Shown in pieces: positions 8,224 to 17,591 of a stretch of 64,000 bases of DNA. Below the pieces are notes generated by a model. The model worked only from the letters and a program-made list of their open reading frames with translations, ran no database searches and was not told the origin of the DNA. The position numbers and the translations under genes are program-made. Position 1 is the first letter of the stretch. Every line of letters starts with the position of its first letter. The stretch covers positions 62,001 through 126,000 of IMG/VR virus record IMGVR_UViG_3300035698_010479; one strand, written 5' to 3'.

Positions 8224-8967
8224 CTAAATAGTTATAATCTCTGCGCAATCTTTGTGTATTATTACTTGGTGTTCCACATGACAACTTATTTTACCAGAAT
8301 TTGTTACAACTGTCCAGCCATCATTTAATCTATGATTATCAGAAGGACCGTCTACAAGCATTGGTTCTATACAAATACACATACCTGCTTTTAATTTGAT
8401 ACCTTCTATATCCCTACCAAAGTTAAATATTGGTGGGTCCATATGTAAATCTCTTCCTATACCATGCCCAATGTAGTTTTTAACAACAGAGAAGCCGTAT
8501 TCTAATGCGTAGGCTTCAATTACTCTTCCAATAGTACCTACAGTAACTCCTTCTTTTATTTCCAATATAGCCCCATTTAAAGCCATTCTAGACACATCCA
8601 GTAATTCTTGTTTTTCAACACTAATAGTACCAACACCTGTAGAAAAAGCAGCGTCACCGTAGAAACCATTTTTATAGACACCAACATCAATACTTAGTAA
8701 ATCCCCTTCCACTAGTTCCTTACTTGTTGGGAAACCGTGTACTATGACTTCATTAGTACTGCAACAAGTACAAAAAGGAAAGCCTCTATACCCCTTGAAT
8801 GCGGGTAGTCCTCCTTCAGATAGTATTATTTTTTCAGCTATGCTATCTAATTCTAAAGTAGATATCCCAGGAACTACTAATTCAGCTAGTTCTCTATGGA
8901 CTAAAGCTACTATTCTACCACTTTCTCTCAACTTGTCTAAGTCACTACTAGTATGTGTAACAACCAA
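8224..8967 (-). CDS. map: methionine aminopeptidase type I
   Basis: STNEVIVHGFP, SIDVGVYKNGFYGDAA, GHGIG, IEPM, HVEHQV; likely TTG start at 8967 after AAGGAG (247 aa), not 9105. Confidence 0.95.
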   Translation of the reverse strand: MVVTHTSSDLDKLRESGRIVALVHRELAELVVPGISTLELDSIAEKIILSEGGLPAFKGYRGFPFCTCCSTNEVIVHGFPTSKELVEGDLLSIDVGVYKNGFYGDAAFSTGVGTISVEKQELLDVSRMALNGAILEIKEGVTVGTIGRVIEAYALEYGFSVVKNYIGHGIGRDLHMDPPIFNFGRDIEGIKLKAGMCICIEPMLVDGPSDNHRLNDGWTVVTNSGKISCHVEHQVIIHKDCAEIITI

Positions 8968-9082
8968 AGTACTCTCCTTATGTCTGTGTTTGCGCCCCCA
9001 AGTACTACTCACAATGTAGATAGTACTACTGATAGTGTATGGTTTGTTTGTTGTTTGTTGGGGTTTATCCCATCTATATTTT

Positions 9083-9149
9083 AAAAAATTTTGTGAAGTG
9101 AGCAAGCCCTTGAACCGAAACTTATTTCATACCTACAAGATTTTTACAA
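9083..9149. repeat. degenerate ~67-bp intergenic repeat, copy 1
   Basis: AAAAAATTTTGTGAAGTGAGCAAGCCCTTGAACCG...TTTCATACCTACAAGATTTTTACAA aligns with 9364-9430. Confidence 0.6.
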
Positions 9150-9158
9150 AAAGTATTA

Positions 9159-9356
9159 TTATTTAGTATATCTTATCAACTGATCATGAAACTGCATACT
9201 TTCTGTGGTACCTAAATTTGTTTTTGAGTGTGCTATAATCGCCTTTTTAGCTGATAAGGATTTAATGGTCCCCCTCATCAATCCTCTGTATCTAATTTGC
9301 ATAAATACTACTGAATCACCAATATTTAATTCATTACCTAAAAAATCTTTATACAT
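9159..9356 (-). CDS. hypothetical protein (SH3/KOW-like)
   Basis: MYKDFLGNELNIGDSVVF pattern; SD GGAGG. Confidence 0.7.
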   Translation of the reverse strand: MYKDFLGNELNIGDSVVFMQIRYRGLMRGTIKSLSAKKAIIAHSKTNLGTTESMQFHDQLIRYTK

Positions 9357-9363
9357 AACCCTC

Positions 9364-9430
9364 CAAAAATTTAGCGAAGCGAGCCAGCCTATTGACCGGT
9401 TCTTTGTTTCATATCTGCAAAAATTTACAA
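9364..9430. repeat. degenerate ~67-bp intergenic repeat, copy 2
   Basis: CAAAAATTTAGCGAAGCGAGCCAGCCTATTGACCGG...TTTCATATCTGCAAAAATTTACAA. Confidence 0.6.
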
Positions 9431-9431
9431 G

Positions 9432-9599
9432 TTACACAGAAATTTCTTTCCAGTTGTGTGGTCGTTTATTATTAATGCTACTTAACTTATCACATCTACT
9501 ACATTTATTAATTATAATCAAAGTGTTATTACCAGTCCATATAGGCTCTTGTAAAACATACCCGTGGCCAAACAACCAACAAATTAACTTTCTAATCAT
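9432..9599 (-). CDS. small phage protein, DUF1660-like (55 aa, not in ORF track)
   Basis: MIRKLICWLFGHGY...KCSRCDK; SD GGAG. Confidence 0.65.
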   Translation of the reverse strand: MIRKLICWLFGHGYVLQEPIWTGNNTLIIINKCSRCDKLSSINNKRPHNWKEISV

Positions 9600-9636
9600 A
9601 TGAAAAACTCCTTTAAAGTACTACAGTAACTGTATA

Positions 9637-10578
9637 TTAAGAATCAAATAGGTAACTTAAACTTTGTTCATCATGTATACCTATTATTGCCTCTGCAAAT
9701 AAAGTAGCGGAGGATAATACTTCAATCTTTGTTGATAATTTTATAGATGTATTGTATATAGTATCTGTAACGTACAGTTTATCTATACTTGATCTCTCAA
9801 TATTACTTATAGCCTTGCCACTAAGTACAGGGTGGGTACAGTAACATTCAACAGATGCAGCACCATTATTTAGTAACACATTAGTAGCCTTTACTAATGT
9901 TCCACCAGAATCTACCATATCATCTGCGATTATACAGTGTTTATCTTTAACTTCACCTATCAAAAACATTTCTCCGATTTCAGATGGGCCTGTTCTCTGT
10001 TTGTATATCATTGCTACACTGCATCCTAATTTACCTGCATAACTTTTAGCAACTTTGATAGAACCAGCGTCTGGAGCGACTACGCATATACTATTCCCTG
10101 GATGATTGCTTTTTATATGAGGTACAAACACATTAAACATATGTAGGTTATCTACAGGTATATCAAAGAACCCAGATATTTGTGGACTATGTAATTCAGA
10201 CGTAAGTACTCTATCTGTGCCAGCAGTTTGTATGAGGTTGGCTACCACTTTTGCAGAAATAGGTACACGAGACATTACTTTTCTATCCTGCCTACTATAT
10301 GGATAGCAAGGTAACACTGTGGTAACTCTATAACAACTTGAACGTTTAAGGGCATCTAGTAGTAAAAATAACTCCATTAAATGTGTATCAGTTGTATTGC
10401 TTGCACCTTGAATTACAAACACATCCTTGTTACGTACATTTTCCTTTATTTCTACACGACATTCCCCATTACCGAATGTAGATGTTAACACACCTGTTAA
10501 TGGTACCCCTACTAAATTACTGATACTGTTTGCCAATGCTATATTGGCACTTCCAGAAATAATAGCTAATTCTTTCAT
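9637..10578 (-). CDS. prs: ribose-phosphate pyrophosphokinase
   Basis: FGNGE, YSRQDRK, LHSPQISGFFDIPVD, VAPDAG, DDMVDSGGT, THPVLS. Confidence 0.95.
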   Translation of the reverse strand: MKELAIISGSANIALANSISNLVGVPLTGVLTSTFGNGECRVEIKENVRNKDVFVIQGASNTTDTHLMELFLLLDALKRSSCYRVTTVLPCYPYSRQDRKVMSRVPISAKVVANLIQTAGTDRVLTSELHSPQISGFFDIPVDNLHMFNVFVPHIKSNHPGNSICVVAPDAGSIKVAKSYAGKLGCSVAMIYKQRTGPSEIGEMFLIGEVKDKHCIIADDMVDSGGTLVKATNVLLNNGAASVECYCTHPVLSGKAISNIERSSIDKLYVTDTIYNTSIKLSTKIEVLSSATLFAEAIIGIHDEQSLSYLFDS

Positions 10579-10594
10579 ATTAATTCCTTGATTG

Positions 10595-10864
10595 TTAAGA
10601 TTGGGTACCAGCCATATATTGCTCTAGGTTATGTTTAGCTTCGTCTGCATAATGACTTAGCACAGCATTCTTATTAACCCTTAATGCCTCAAGCTGATGT
10701 GAAGTAAAAACACGCTGAAAGAAAAGGTCTTTCCCAGTATTTTCGTCCATAAGTTTAGTACGTAAAGCAAACCCACCTAATTCAGATATGATGCCTACAA
10801 TACAATCATATCCTATTAGATATTCAACTTTTAAAAGATCTCTTGAAGTTATTAGCATATTCAT
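10595..10864 (-). CDS. hypothetical protein
   Basis: 89-aa ORF with SD GGGGG. Confidence 0.65.
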   Translation of the reverse strand: MNMLITSRDLLKVEYLIGYDCIVGIISELGGFALRTKLMDENTGKDLFFQRVFTSHQLEALRVNKNAVLSHYADEAKHNLEQYMAGTQS

Positions 10865-10896
10865 TCCCCCTTATTAAATTATTTTAAGAATGAGTA

Positions 10897-10925
10897 AGTA
10901 TAACGTACTTTAAAAAATAAAGCAA
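10897..10925 (-). promoter_or_regulatory. sigma70-type promoter
   Basis: TTGCTT-17-TATACT on the - strand upstream of 10864. Confidence 0.55.
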
Positions 10926-10947
10926 TAAGTATTTACGTAAATACTAT

Positions 10948-11520
10948 TTAAGCTATTACATCTACATCAGGCATACTACTTTCCAATTTAAGATGTGAGC
11001 CCGTTTCGTTCACTCTAAAGGTTTCAAACCGTACACTACCACTAGCAACTAAGTCTTTTATATGTTTCTGACTTTTACTTAATTTAGCACCACCTGTTTT
11101 AAATTCTATGAATATTACAGCATCATCCGTTACTTGAATACCGTCTACGGGATTAGCTAAAAATCTAAACTGCTTATGATTGTATGGATAGTCCCTAATA
11201 AATGGCATGAAATTTTCTGCCATTTGGCCTAAACGAACCTCAGAAGATTTTTTCTGAGATTCAATTTTTGTTGTGTTGTCCTGTAACCTGGTGATACCTA
11301 TATTCTGAGTATTGATTTCTGAACGTTGACTTAATATAACATTTTTCTGAACATCAATCAACTCAGTTAGCTCGGTTAATTTAGTATTAGTGTCATTATT
11401 CTTTTTATTAGCCTCCTGTAAATCAAGTTTAATTCTAAAAATAAATTTATTAATACTATAAACAAAAAATAATAACAGAGCACCTAATACCACTACAATA
11501 AATATAATATTTAGATTCAT
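10948..11520 (-). CDS. membrane-anchored Holliday-junction-resolvase-like endonuclease (Endonuc_Holl family)
   Basis: N-terminal TM helix, coiled coil, SSEVRLGQMAENFMPF, FRFLANPVDG, FIEFKTG. Confidence 0.82.
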   Translation of the reverse strand: MNLNIIFIVVVLGALLLFFVYSINKFIFRIKLDLQEANKKNNDTNTKLTELTELIDVQKNVILSQRSEINTQNIGITRLQDNTTKIESQKKSSEVRLGQMAENFMPFIRDYPYNHKQFRFLANPVDGIQVTDDAVIFIEFKTGGAKLSKSQKHIKDLVASGSVRFETFRVNETGSHLKLESSMPDVDVIA

Positions 11521-12113
11521 TACTTCCCGCTAGTTCTTGATGTAGTTACATAAGAAGTCATGGACGCGTAACCTTCTTGTACCCCTTTAACTGTAGCATT
11601 AAAAGAGAAAGTAGCTTCTGGGTTAAAAGAATATGTACGTGCAGTGAGGGCTACATCCTGATTAGCACCAATAAATACAAACTCCCAACCAAATTGTTCT
11701 TTTCGCTGTTCAATTAGAGATTTAACTTGTTCTGCTGTAAATTCTTTAGAAGAGTTCTCTTCCCCATCCGTTATAACGCAAACAATAACTTTGGCTGGTC
11801 TATCCTTAGCTTTCATTGAAACCACTTGCTGCCCTACCTTATTAATAACATTTGCTAAAGTATCATTTAAAGCGGTGGAGCCATTAGGTTTATATGTACA
11901 TGCATCAAGCAGTTTGATATCTTCGATAGGTTGATTATCTGCAATGTATTCAAAAGTATTATCAAACAGACATACGGTAACTAGTGCTTTACCTTTTACT
12001 TCCTTCTGAGCCTTAATAAAGTTATTAAAGCCATCAATAGCCCCCTGTTTAATAGCTGACATTGAACCACTCTTATCTACTACTGTTGCGATAAACGTTA
12101 AATTCTTTTTCAT
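11520..12113 (-). CDS. von Willebrand factor A domain protein
   Basis: MIDAS motif VDKSGSM, GSTALND, ITDGEENSS, FIGANQD. Confidence 0.88.
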   Translation of the reverse strand: MKKNLTFIATVVDKSGSMSAIKQGAIDGFNNFIKAQKEVKGKALVTVCLFDNTFEYIADNQPIEDIKLLDACTYKPNGSTALNDTLANVINKVGQQVVSMKAKDRPAKVIVCVITDGEENSSKEFTAEQVKSLIEQRKEQFGWEFVFIGANQDVALTARTYSFNPEATFSFNATVKGVQEGYASMTSYVTTSRTSGK

Positions 12114-12827
12114 TTAATTCTCCTTAATTTGTTTTTCTTCTTCTTCGTCATAGTCTAAGCGCTTATGATAAATATTTGAAATTTCAGAAGTTAATATTTT
12201 CTTTATTATTCTTAATTGACCTAAAGATAATATATCTAGTTGCTCATCTTCTATTAGACATCCAATAAGTTTGTCAATAGTAACTTTATATTCTTTCAAT
12301 TTACCGTTATTAGCAAGAGCCCTACAAGCACTCTCTACAACATCACAGCACATTAAAACACACGATTCTACAGAAGTGGGTTTAACAGACCTATATTTAT
12401 AATGATCTTCTATGTCTGCACCTTTGTATACCTCCTTGGCCTTTATCCAAATTGATTTAATAGTACTATTACCATGGTGTTCACTTACAATTTTTATTAC
12501 ACTTGGTGCAACATCCAACTGTACTAATTTTAACACACTGTCTGATAAATGTCTAGATATTAATTGAAAAGATACAACTGGATCTAACTTATCGTGTGCA
12601 TTAACACCAGCTATCTGATTTTCTATAAAATTATCTGGACCTATACATTTACCTATATCATGTAGGGTAGCAGCTAAGACAAGATCATCTGATTTCAAGC
12701 CTAATTCTTTTGCTAGTGGATCACAGAGCTGCGCAACATTTTGGCAGTGTCTAAATGTACCTGGTGCTATCTCTTTAAATCTATCTAATACATGTTCATT
12801 AATAGTCAAAAACTCTTTTGTATCCAT
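12114..12827 (-). CDS. stand-alone HD (HDIG) domain, PgpH/7TM-HD type phosphodiesterase-like
   Basis: TFRHCQNVA, LHDIGK, FIENQ, NAHDKL, EHHG, KPTSVES, CDVVESACRAL. Confidence 0.8.
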   Translation of the reverse strand: MDTKEFLTINEHVLDRFKEIAPGTFRHCQNVAQLCDPLAKELGLKSDDLVLAATLHDIGKCIGPDNFIENQIAGVNAHDKLDPVVSFQLISRHLSDSVLKLVQLDVAPSVIKIVSEHHGNSTIKSIWIKAKEVYKGADIEDHYKYRSVKPTSVESCVLMCCDVVESACRALANNGKLKEYKVTIDKLIGCLIEDEQLDILSLGQLRIIKKILTSEISNIYHKRLDYDEEEEKQIKEN

Positions 12828-12895
12828 TTAATTACCTTAGTATAAATTATTTTAGTAAGTACTGACACTACATCGTGTCAGCTACCAGAGGCGTC

Positions 12896-12924
12896 ATTAT
12901 AACAAATATATAATGTAGTGTCAA
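12896..12924 (-). promoter_or_regulatory. perfect-consensus sigma70 promoter
   Basis: TTGACA-17-TATAAT on the - strand upstream of the HD gene. Confidence 0.85.
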
Positions 12925-12986
12925 TACTAAATATACTCAATGTAAGTAAATAGATTATAATACGTATTGTCTATTTTTTAGTATCA

Positions 12987-13484
12987 CTATAAAAGAATTT
13001 CATATTTTTTAATAGGTAATTCGCAAAATACTGATAATTCACAAGCTACCTCGACAGCCTTTTCTACTCCGTGCCCTAAGTATAATGCAGCTAATGCAAA
13101 ATCATCTCCTGCACCTATGGCAGAATGGTCATATATTTCTTGTATGAAAAATCCTTCTGCTTGGAAAACATGGTTGTCTATTATGAAAATATGTGTGTTG
13201 TCTATAGACGATGAATCCGTTTTGGTTTTTTTCCAATCGGAAAATTCAGCTAGGAAATTTATTAGAGATGACTCTGTAGCCCGCTCTGGTCTTCTAGTAG
13301 AGCAAAAAACAAATAGTAGTGCACTTTCTTCGGCAGTACCAGTGCTTCCTATAGTCATACCATTTACTTGTATCAATTTAGAATAACTATTTTTGGATTT
13401 ATTTTGGGTCCATCCACGTACAGTTATGCTATCCGATGCTATGGAAATTTTTTCTTTACAAATATTAACCGCTACTACACTCAT
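12987..13484 (-). CDS. Ntn-hydrolase (HslV/proteasome beta-like) protein
   Basis: N-terminal (M)SVVAV, IASDS, AIGAGDDFALAAL, AVEVACELSVFC. Confidence 0.72.
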   Translation of the reverse strand: MSVVAVNICKEKISIASDSITVRGWTQNKSKNSYSKLIQVNGMTIGSTGTAEESALLFVFCSTRRPERATESSLINFLAEFSDWKKTKTDSSSIDNTHIFIIDNHVFQAEGFFIQEIYDHSAIGAGDDFALAALYLGHGVEKAVEVACELSVFCELPIKKYEILL

Positions 13485-13507
13485 ATAAAACTCCTTTAAA
13501 TCATAGG

Positions 13508-14041
13508 TTACAGGTTAACTAAGTCAGAGTAAATCTCTTCAGAAGATCTTACCAATGTATATGACAATTTATTTTCCTTAAATAAATGAATCATAGTTTC
13601 ATGAACATTGTTCCTAAAAGTCTCATCATTATCTCTAATACCATCAACGACATTCCAATTAAAAAATAAAGGATCTAGTATATAAACTTTCTTATAGTAC
13701 ATTCTAATATGTGCTGCTACGTAATCCATAAGTAGTAGACTAATACTATTAGTGTTACCAAGTACAGTACTATAACATATAGGGTCCATTAAGCTTCTGT
13801 CTACGATTAGATAATCATAGCGATTCATTTTTTCTAGCTCTTTGGTAATTTGTTTAGTGGCTATCCAAGCCTGTGATCTATCATCAGCGTCTTGATTAAT
13901 AGGGAAAGGACATTCTCTAGCAAGTTCATTAATTACAGCTACATTCTTACCTAATTTTTTCAAAAATGAAGCTATACTAAAAGCCAAAGAACTTTTTCCA
14001 GTTCCATGGGTACCACTAACAGCTATAATTTTACTTGTCAT
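13508..14041 (-). CDS. P-loop NTPase, AAA_28/NadR-kinase-like
   Basis: SGTHGTGKS, INELARE, VDRSLMD, DGIRD. Confidence 0.8.
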   Translation of the reverse strand: MTSKIIAVSGTHGTGKSSLAFSIASFLKKLGKNVAVINELARECPFPINQDADDRSQAWIATKQITKELEKMNRYDYLIVDRSLMDPICYSTVLGNTNSISLLLMDYVAAHIRMYYKKVYILDPLFFNWNVVDGIRDNDETFRNNVHETMIHLFKENKLSYTLVRSSEEIYSDLVNL

Positions 14042-14064
14042 TAATCCCTCAACAGTGATAATAT

Positions 14065-14241
14065 TTAAATAAACTTAACATTCTCGGATGCGCATTGTTT
14101 ACAAGTATCTAGCTCACCAAAAACTTTAGATTTGTTTTCCTCTATAAAGCCACATTCCTGACAAATAAGTTTATACGTAGTAGGTTTAACAACATTTGCA
14201 GTTTCTTTCTTTTCGTTTACTCTACCATTTGTACTGTACAT
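14065..14241 (-). CDS. small zinc-ribbon protein (58 aa, not in ORF track)
   Basis: MYSTNGRV...LICQECGF...DTCKQCASENVKFI. Confidence 0.7.
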   Translation of the reverse strand: MYSTNGRVNEKKETANVVKPTTYKLICQECGFIEENKSKVFGELDTCKQCASENVKFI

Positions 14242-14243
14242 AA

Positions 14244-14759
14244 TTAACCCCCATTAGTGAATAATTGTGGATCTTCTGGCATAAAATCAAAAAAAGCTGG
14301 GTCTTGTGCTACCAAATAAGGTGCTGACACAGTCAGGCATCTATGATTCTCGTTAACTAAGTATTTATATTTAGGTTCTTTTCCCCAGATTCTTAATCTC
14401 TCTGTTATTATTTTTCTGCCTAGACCTTGCTGTATCATATTATTGAACTGGCGCTGAAATTTATATCTTATATATCTTATATAACCACTTCGCATGAATT
14501 CCCATATAACCTCATCTTTCTTTTCTATCATGTTGTCTGCAGTTGTAATTACTATGTAGCGATATCCTGTTAACTGTTCATATAATTTCTGCATAGTATA
14601 ACTGTAGTCAAGTGGCTCAATACCTATAATTATTACACCTAATTCAGTAACCTCAAAACAATCCGATAGGTTGGAGCCCAATGGTACCCGTTTATAGGGT
14701 ACCATAAAAGCTGAGAGCATCACAGATATTTCTGTTTGTAACTCCTCTAAACTATACAT
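14244..14759 (-). CDS. hypothetical protein
   Basis: 171-aa ORF coupled to the Clp ATPase gene. Confidence 0.75.
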   Translation of the reverse strand: MYSLEELQTEISVMLSAFMVPYKRVPLGSNLSDCFEVTELGVIIIGIEPLDYSYTMQKLYEQLTGYRYIVITTADNMIEKKDEVIWEFMRSGYIRYIRYKFQRQFNNMIQQGLGRKIITERLRIWGKEPKYKYLVNENHRCLTVSAPYLVAQDPAFFDFMPEDPQLFTNGG

Positions 14760-16695
14760 TAGCTACTTCCTTTAAAGCACCTTTCTGGTCGCTTTCTAGA
14801 TATGTAGGTGCCTTACTTGGTTTTTTGGAGAACTTGAATGTAACACCATTTTTTGCTGTACTTACTGTAACTATGGTATTAATATCTGTAGTACCCTTTA
14901 GTAGTTGTACTGCTAAAGGGGTAGATATATATCGTTCAATAGCTCTCTTTAAAGGTCTAGCACCATACTCTTTAGTAATACCTTTTTCGTATATAAAGTT
15001 ACATACTTTTTTATCAAAAAATATCTCTATATCTTTATATTTAGTTTTATTACTTTGTAAGTTAGTATTTAGTTTAAACAATTCGATATCAATGATTCTG
15101 AAATAGTCTTCTTTTGATAAGTCATTAAAGTAAATTATTTCATCTAATCTATTTAAAAATTCAGGTTTAAATTTCTTTTTTAGTGCTTGTTCCAAAGCTT
15201 GCTCTTTTTTAGCTTCTGTTACTACATTGACATCTCCAAAGCCAATAGTTTTTGATATACTAGCAATATTTTCTACACCTACATTAGATGTCATAATAAT
15301 TACTGTATCCTTAAAAGAAACTTTTGTACCTTTGTTATCTGTTAGTCTACCTTCTTCAAGCACCTGTAAAAGTAGTTGATATATTTTACTTGATGCTTTT
15401 TCTATTTCATCAAAAACTACCACACTAAATGGATTTTCAATTATAGCATTTGTTAAAAGGCCACCATTTTCGTATCCCTGATAACCATTTGGAGATCCTA
15501 TAAGTTTAGAATATTCATGATCTGCTGAATATTCAGAACAATCTATAGTTATCAAGTTATCACGGTCTTTTATCAATTCATTTGCAAGTATTTTTCCTGT
15601 TAAACTCTTCCCACAACCAGTAGATCCGGCAAACAAGAAAGAGCCGATAGGTTTAACTGGATCTTTAAGCCCTACACTAGCACGTTGTATAGCGTCAGTT
15701 AAACTAGCTACAACTTTATCTTGCCCTATAAGGGAGACTTTCATATTTGTAGCTAAATTTAAAAGGTCCTCTTCTGGAACGTCTGCAAAGACTTTCTTTT
15801 TCTTGTCCACTTTATTAGCAAACTGGTCCATAGCAGTAGCACCAGAAGACATAGTTTTCTTACCACTACCGCAATCAGTACAATCAGAAGGTTTTTTATC
15901 TTTGTTAGCTAGCTCCTGAGCATTCTCATAAGTCAGAAAAGGATTACAAGCTTGGCATATATCATATAGTTCTTTCATCAATAGTGGTGGTGATACTCTA
16001 GCTGGTACACCCATATTTTCTAGAACCTGAAACAAAGCTTCAAAGTCTTCGATACATAAAGTAACAACAAAAGTATTAAAGCTAACGCTACTATGAAAAA
16101 ATCTACCATTTATTAATTTACTTAAATCTTGCTCATTAAATACCTTCACAGATACATACCTGCCTATACGTTTCCACCATTTGTCTTTTGTGTTATATAT
16201 AGAATTGGTTGAAGTTTTATCCACAGGATTTCCTTGTTCATCAACAAAGCCATCCGCCAACTCCTTATTATCTGGTATAGTCACATCCGGTATATAGTCC
16301 CAAAGAGGGTTCTCTTCTAACGCTACCACTTCCTCCATATTAGTATCAGTAGTTTTTACTTTCAAAATATGATTTTTATTTATAACAATACTGGAATAAG
16401 CTAAATTTTTATTTTTAGAAAAAATTGCATCCAAGAAATTTGAACGTAATTTAAAAAAATCTAAATTTTTAGATAGTGTTTCGTCGCTTATTTTATGAAG
16501 AATTTGATTAATATTTGCTACACAAGTAGCAATTAAGTAATCATCATATAAGATCTTAGCAACAAGACCATCATCCTTAGCAAAAAAAGTTAGTTTATCT
16601 TCTATATCCTCTGATTTAATTTCTAAAATCAACAGGTTAAAATCTATTAATTCACAATAAACTTCGTGTACTTCGTAGTTAACGTTTTCAGTCAT
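14752..16695 (-). CDS. ClpA/B-type AAA+ ATPase with a single (D2) AAA module and an unfamiliar N-terminal region
   Basis: LIGQD, PIGSFLFAGSTGCGKS, DCSEY, LIGSPNGYQGY, FDEIEK, FKPEFLNRLD, YGARPLKR; no D1 Walker A seen. Confidence 0.88.
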   Translation of the reverse strand: MTENVNYEVHEVYCELIDFNLLILEIKSEDIEDKLTFFAKDDGLVAKILYDDYLIATCVANINQILHKISDETLSKNLDFFKLRSNFLDAIFSKNKNLAYSSIVINKNHILKVKTTDTNMEEVVALEENPLWDYIPDVTIPDNKELADGFVDEQGNPVDKTSTNSIYNTKDKWWKRIGRYVSVKVFNEQDLSKLINGRFFHSSVSFNTFVVTLCIEDFEALFQVLENMGVPARVSPPLLMKELYDICQACNPFLTYENAQELANKDKKPSDCTDCGSGKKTMSSGATAMDQFANKVDKKKKVFADVPEEDLLNLATNMKVSLIGQDKVVASLTDAIQRASVGLKDPVKPIGSFLFAGSTGCGKSLTGKILANELIKDRDNLITIDCSEYSADHEYSKLIGSPNGYQGYENGGLLTNAIIENPFSVVVFDEIEKASSKIYQLLLQVLEEGRLTDNKGTKVSFKDTVIIMTSNVGVENIASISKTIGFGDVNVVTEAKKEQALEQALKKKFKPEFLNRLDEIIYFNDLSKEDYFRIIDIELFKLNTNLQSNKTKYKDIEIFFDKKVCNFIYEKGITKEYGARPLKRAIERYISTPLAVQLLKGTTDINTIVTVSTAKNGVTFKFSKKPSKAPTYLESDQKGALKEVANV

Positions 16696-16709
16696 TAATA
16701 ATTCCTCAT

Positions 16710-17591
16710 TTATTTAGAATTTAAGAATGTTACCATATCAAGCGCATCAGAATACAGCATTGTATCTAAAGATGATGGCACATTACTAGCTCTTGTAGCA
16801 TAGAATTCTTCAGCAACCTCTTCAAAAGTAACGCCTTTGGCAGATAACCTTGTATTAATAGCTACTTTTTGTACCATAGTTAATGCATGTTCTTCACCTT
16901 TTTCTGAGATAGGTGTAGCCATATTAGAAGAAGTAGTTGTACCTGGAATATTACTCATCTTTGGTAAAACACTCGGCCCTTTAGTAGTATTAGTATTACT
17001 CATAGAGGGTAGTGCCTTCGCAACCTCCTCTATAACTTCTTTTGTGGCTGCCGTACTTTGTTTAGGTGGCATTGAAGAAGGTATGGAAGACGGTGGTGCT
17101 GATGAAAAAGTAGGTGGTACATCAGCGGAAGTACTATGTTCTACTGGAAAAGGTGTACCTGTTGTAAAATTAGGTGTGCTAAGTTTAGGCATTGCTGGTG
17201 TGAAAGACTGTCCTGCACTACCTTCAGATTCTTCGTCCTCTTCTTCTAAAAATAAGCCTACACCCCAGTTACGTGCTGCACTCTTAATAGCTCTAGACGT
17301 AGCTGATTTATACACATTCCCTAAATCAACGTTTCTAAATTTTTTAGCTGAGCCAAAACCATCTTGCTTGGCAAGGGTGTTACCCAAGTTATCATAAACT
17401 CTAAGTGAAACAAGTACTAATACCTCTTCATCAATAACTTTATGATCTAGAATTTCTAAACCCCAATTACAATTAAATGCTTTGTTTAATCGGTCAAGCA
17501 CGTATTTAGTCTTAACATATTTAAAGCCTTGTCCTGGTTTTTGGTCAACTTTTAAATCTTCGTATAATTTATCAATAATTTGCTGTTCCAT
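16710..17591 (-). CDS. Rad52/Rad22-like ssDNA annealing protein (Sak-type)
   Basis: FKYVKTKYVLDRLNKAFNCNW, QDGFG, KSATSRAIKSAARNWGVG; Pro/Ser-rich linker. Confidence 0.8.
   Translation of the reverse strand: MEQQIIDKLYEDLKVDQKPGQGFKYVKTKYVLDRLNKAFNCNWGLEILDHKVIDEEVLVLVSLRVYDNLGNTLAKQDGFGSAKKFRNVDLGNVYKSATSRAIKSAARNWGVGLFLEEEDEESEGSAGQSFTPAMPKLSTPNFTTGTPFPVEHSTSADVPPTFSSAPPSSIPSSMPPKQSTAATKEVIEEVAKALPSMSNTNTTKGPSVLPKMSNIPGTTTSSNMATPISEKGEEHALTMVQKVAINTRLSAKGVTFEEVAEEFYATRASNVPSSLDTMLYSDALDMVTFLNSK

Noticed and set aside
8968-9105. N-terminal extension of MetAP as given in the ORF track
   Set aside because: A good SD and TTG at 8967 give a normal-length enzyme; the extension runs through low-complexity, repeat-containing leader DNA.
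9364-9435. Integron attC-like site (TAAC at a stop codon ... GTTATGT at the next start)
   Set aside because: The arms between the cores pair poorly, copy 1 lacks the TAAC/GTT cores, and no integrase is seen; kept only as an unexplained repeat.
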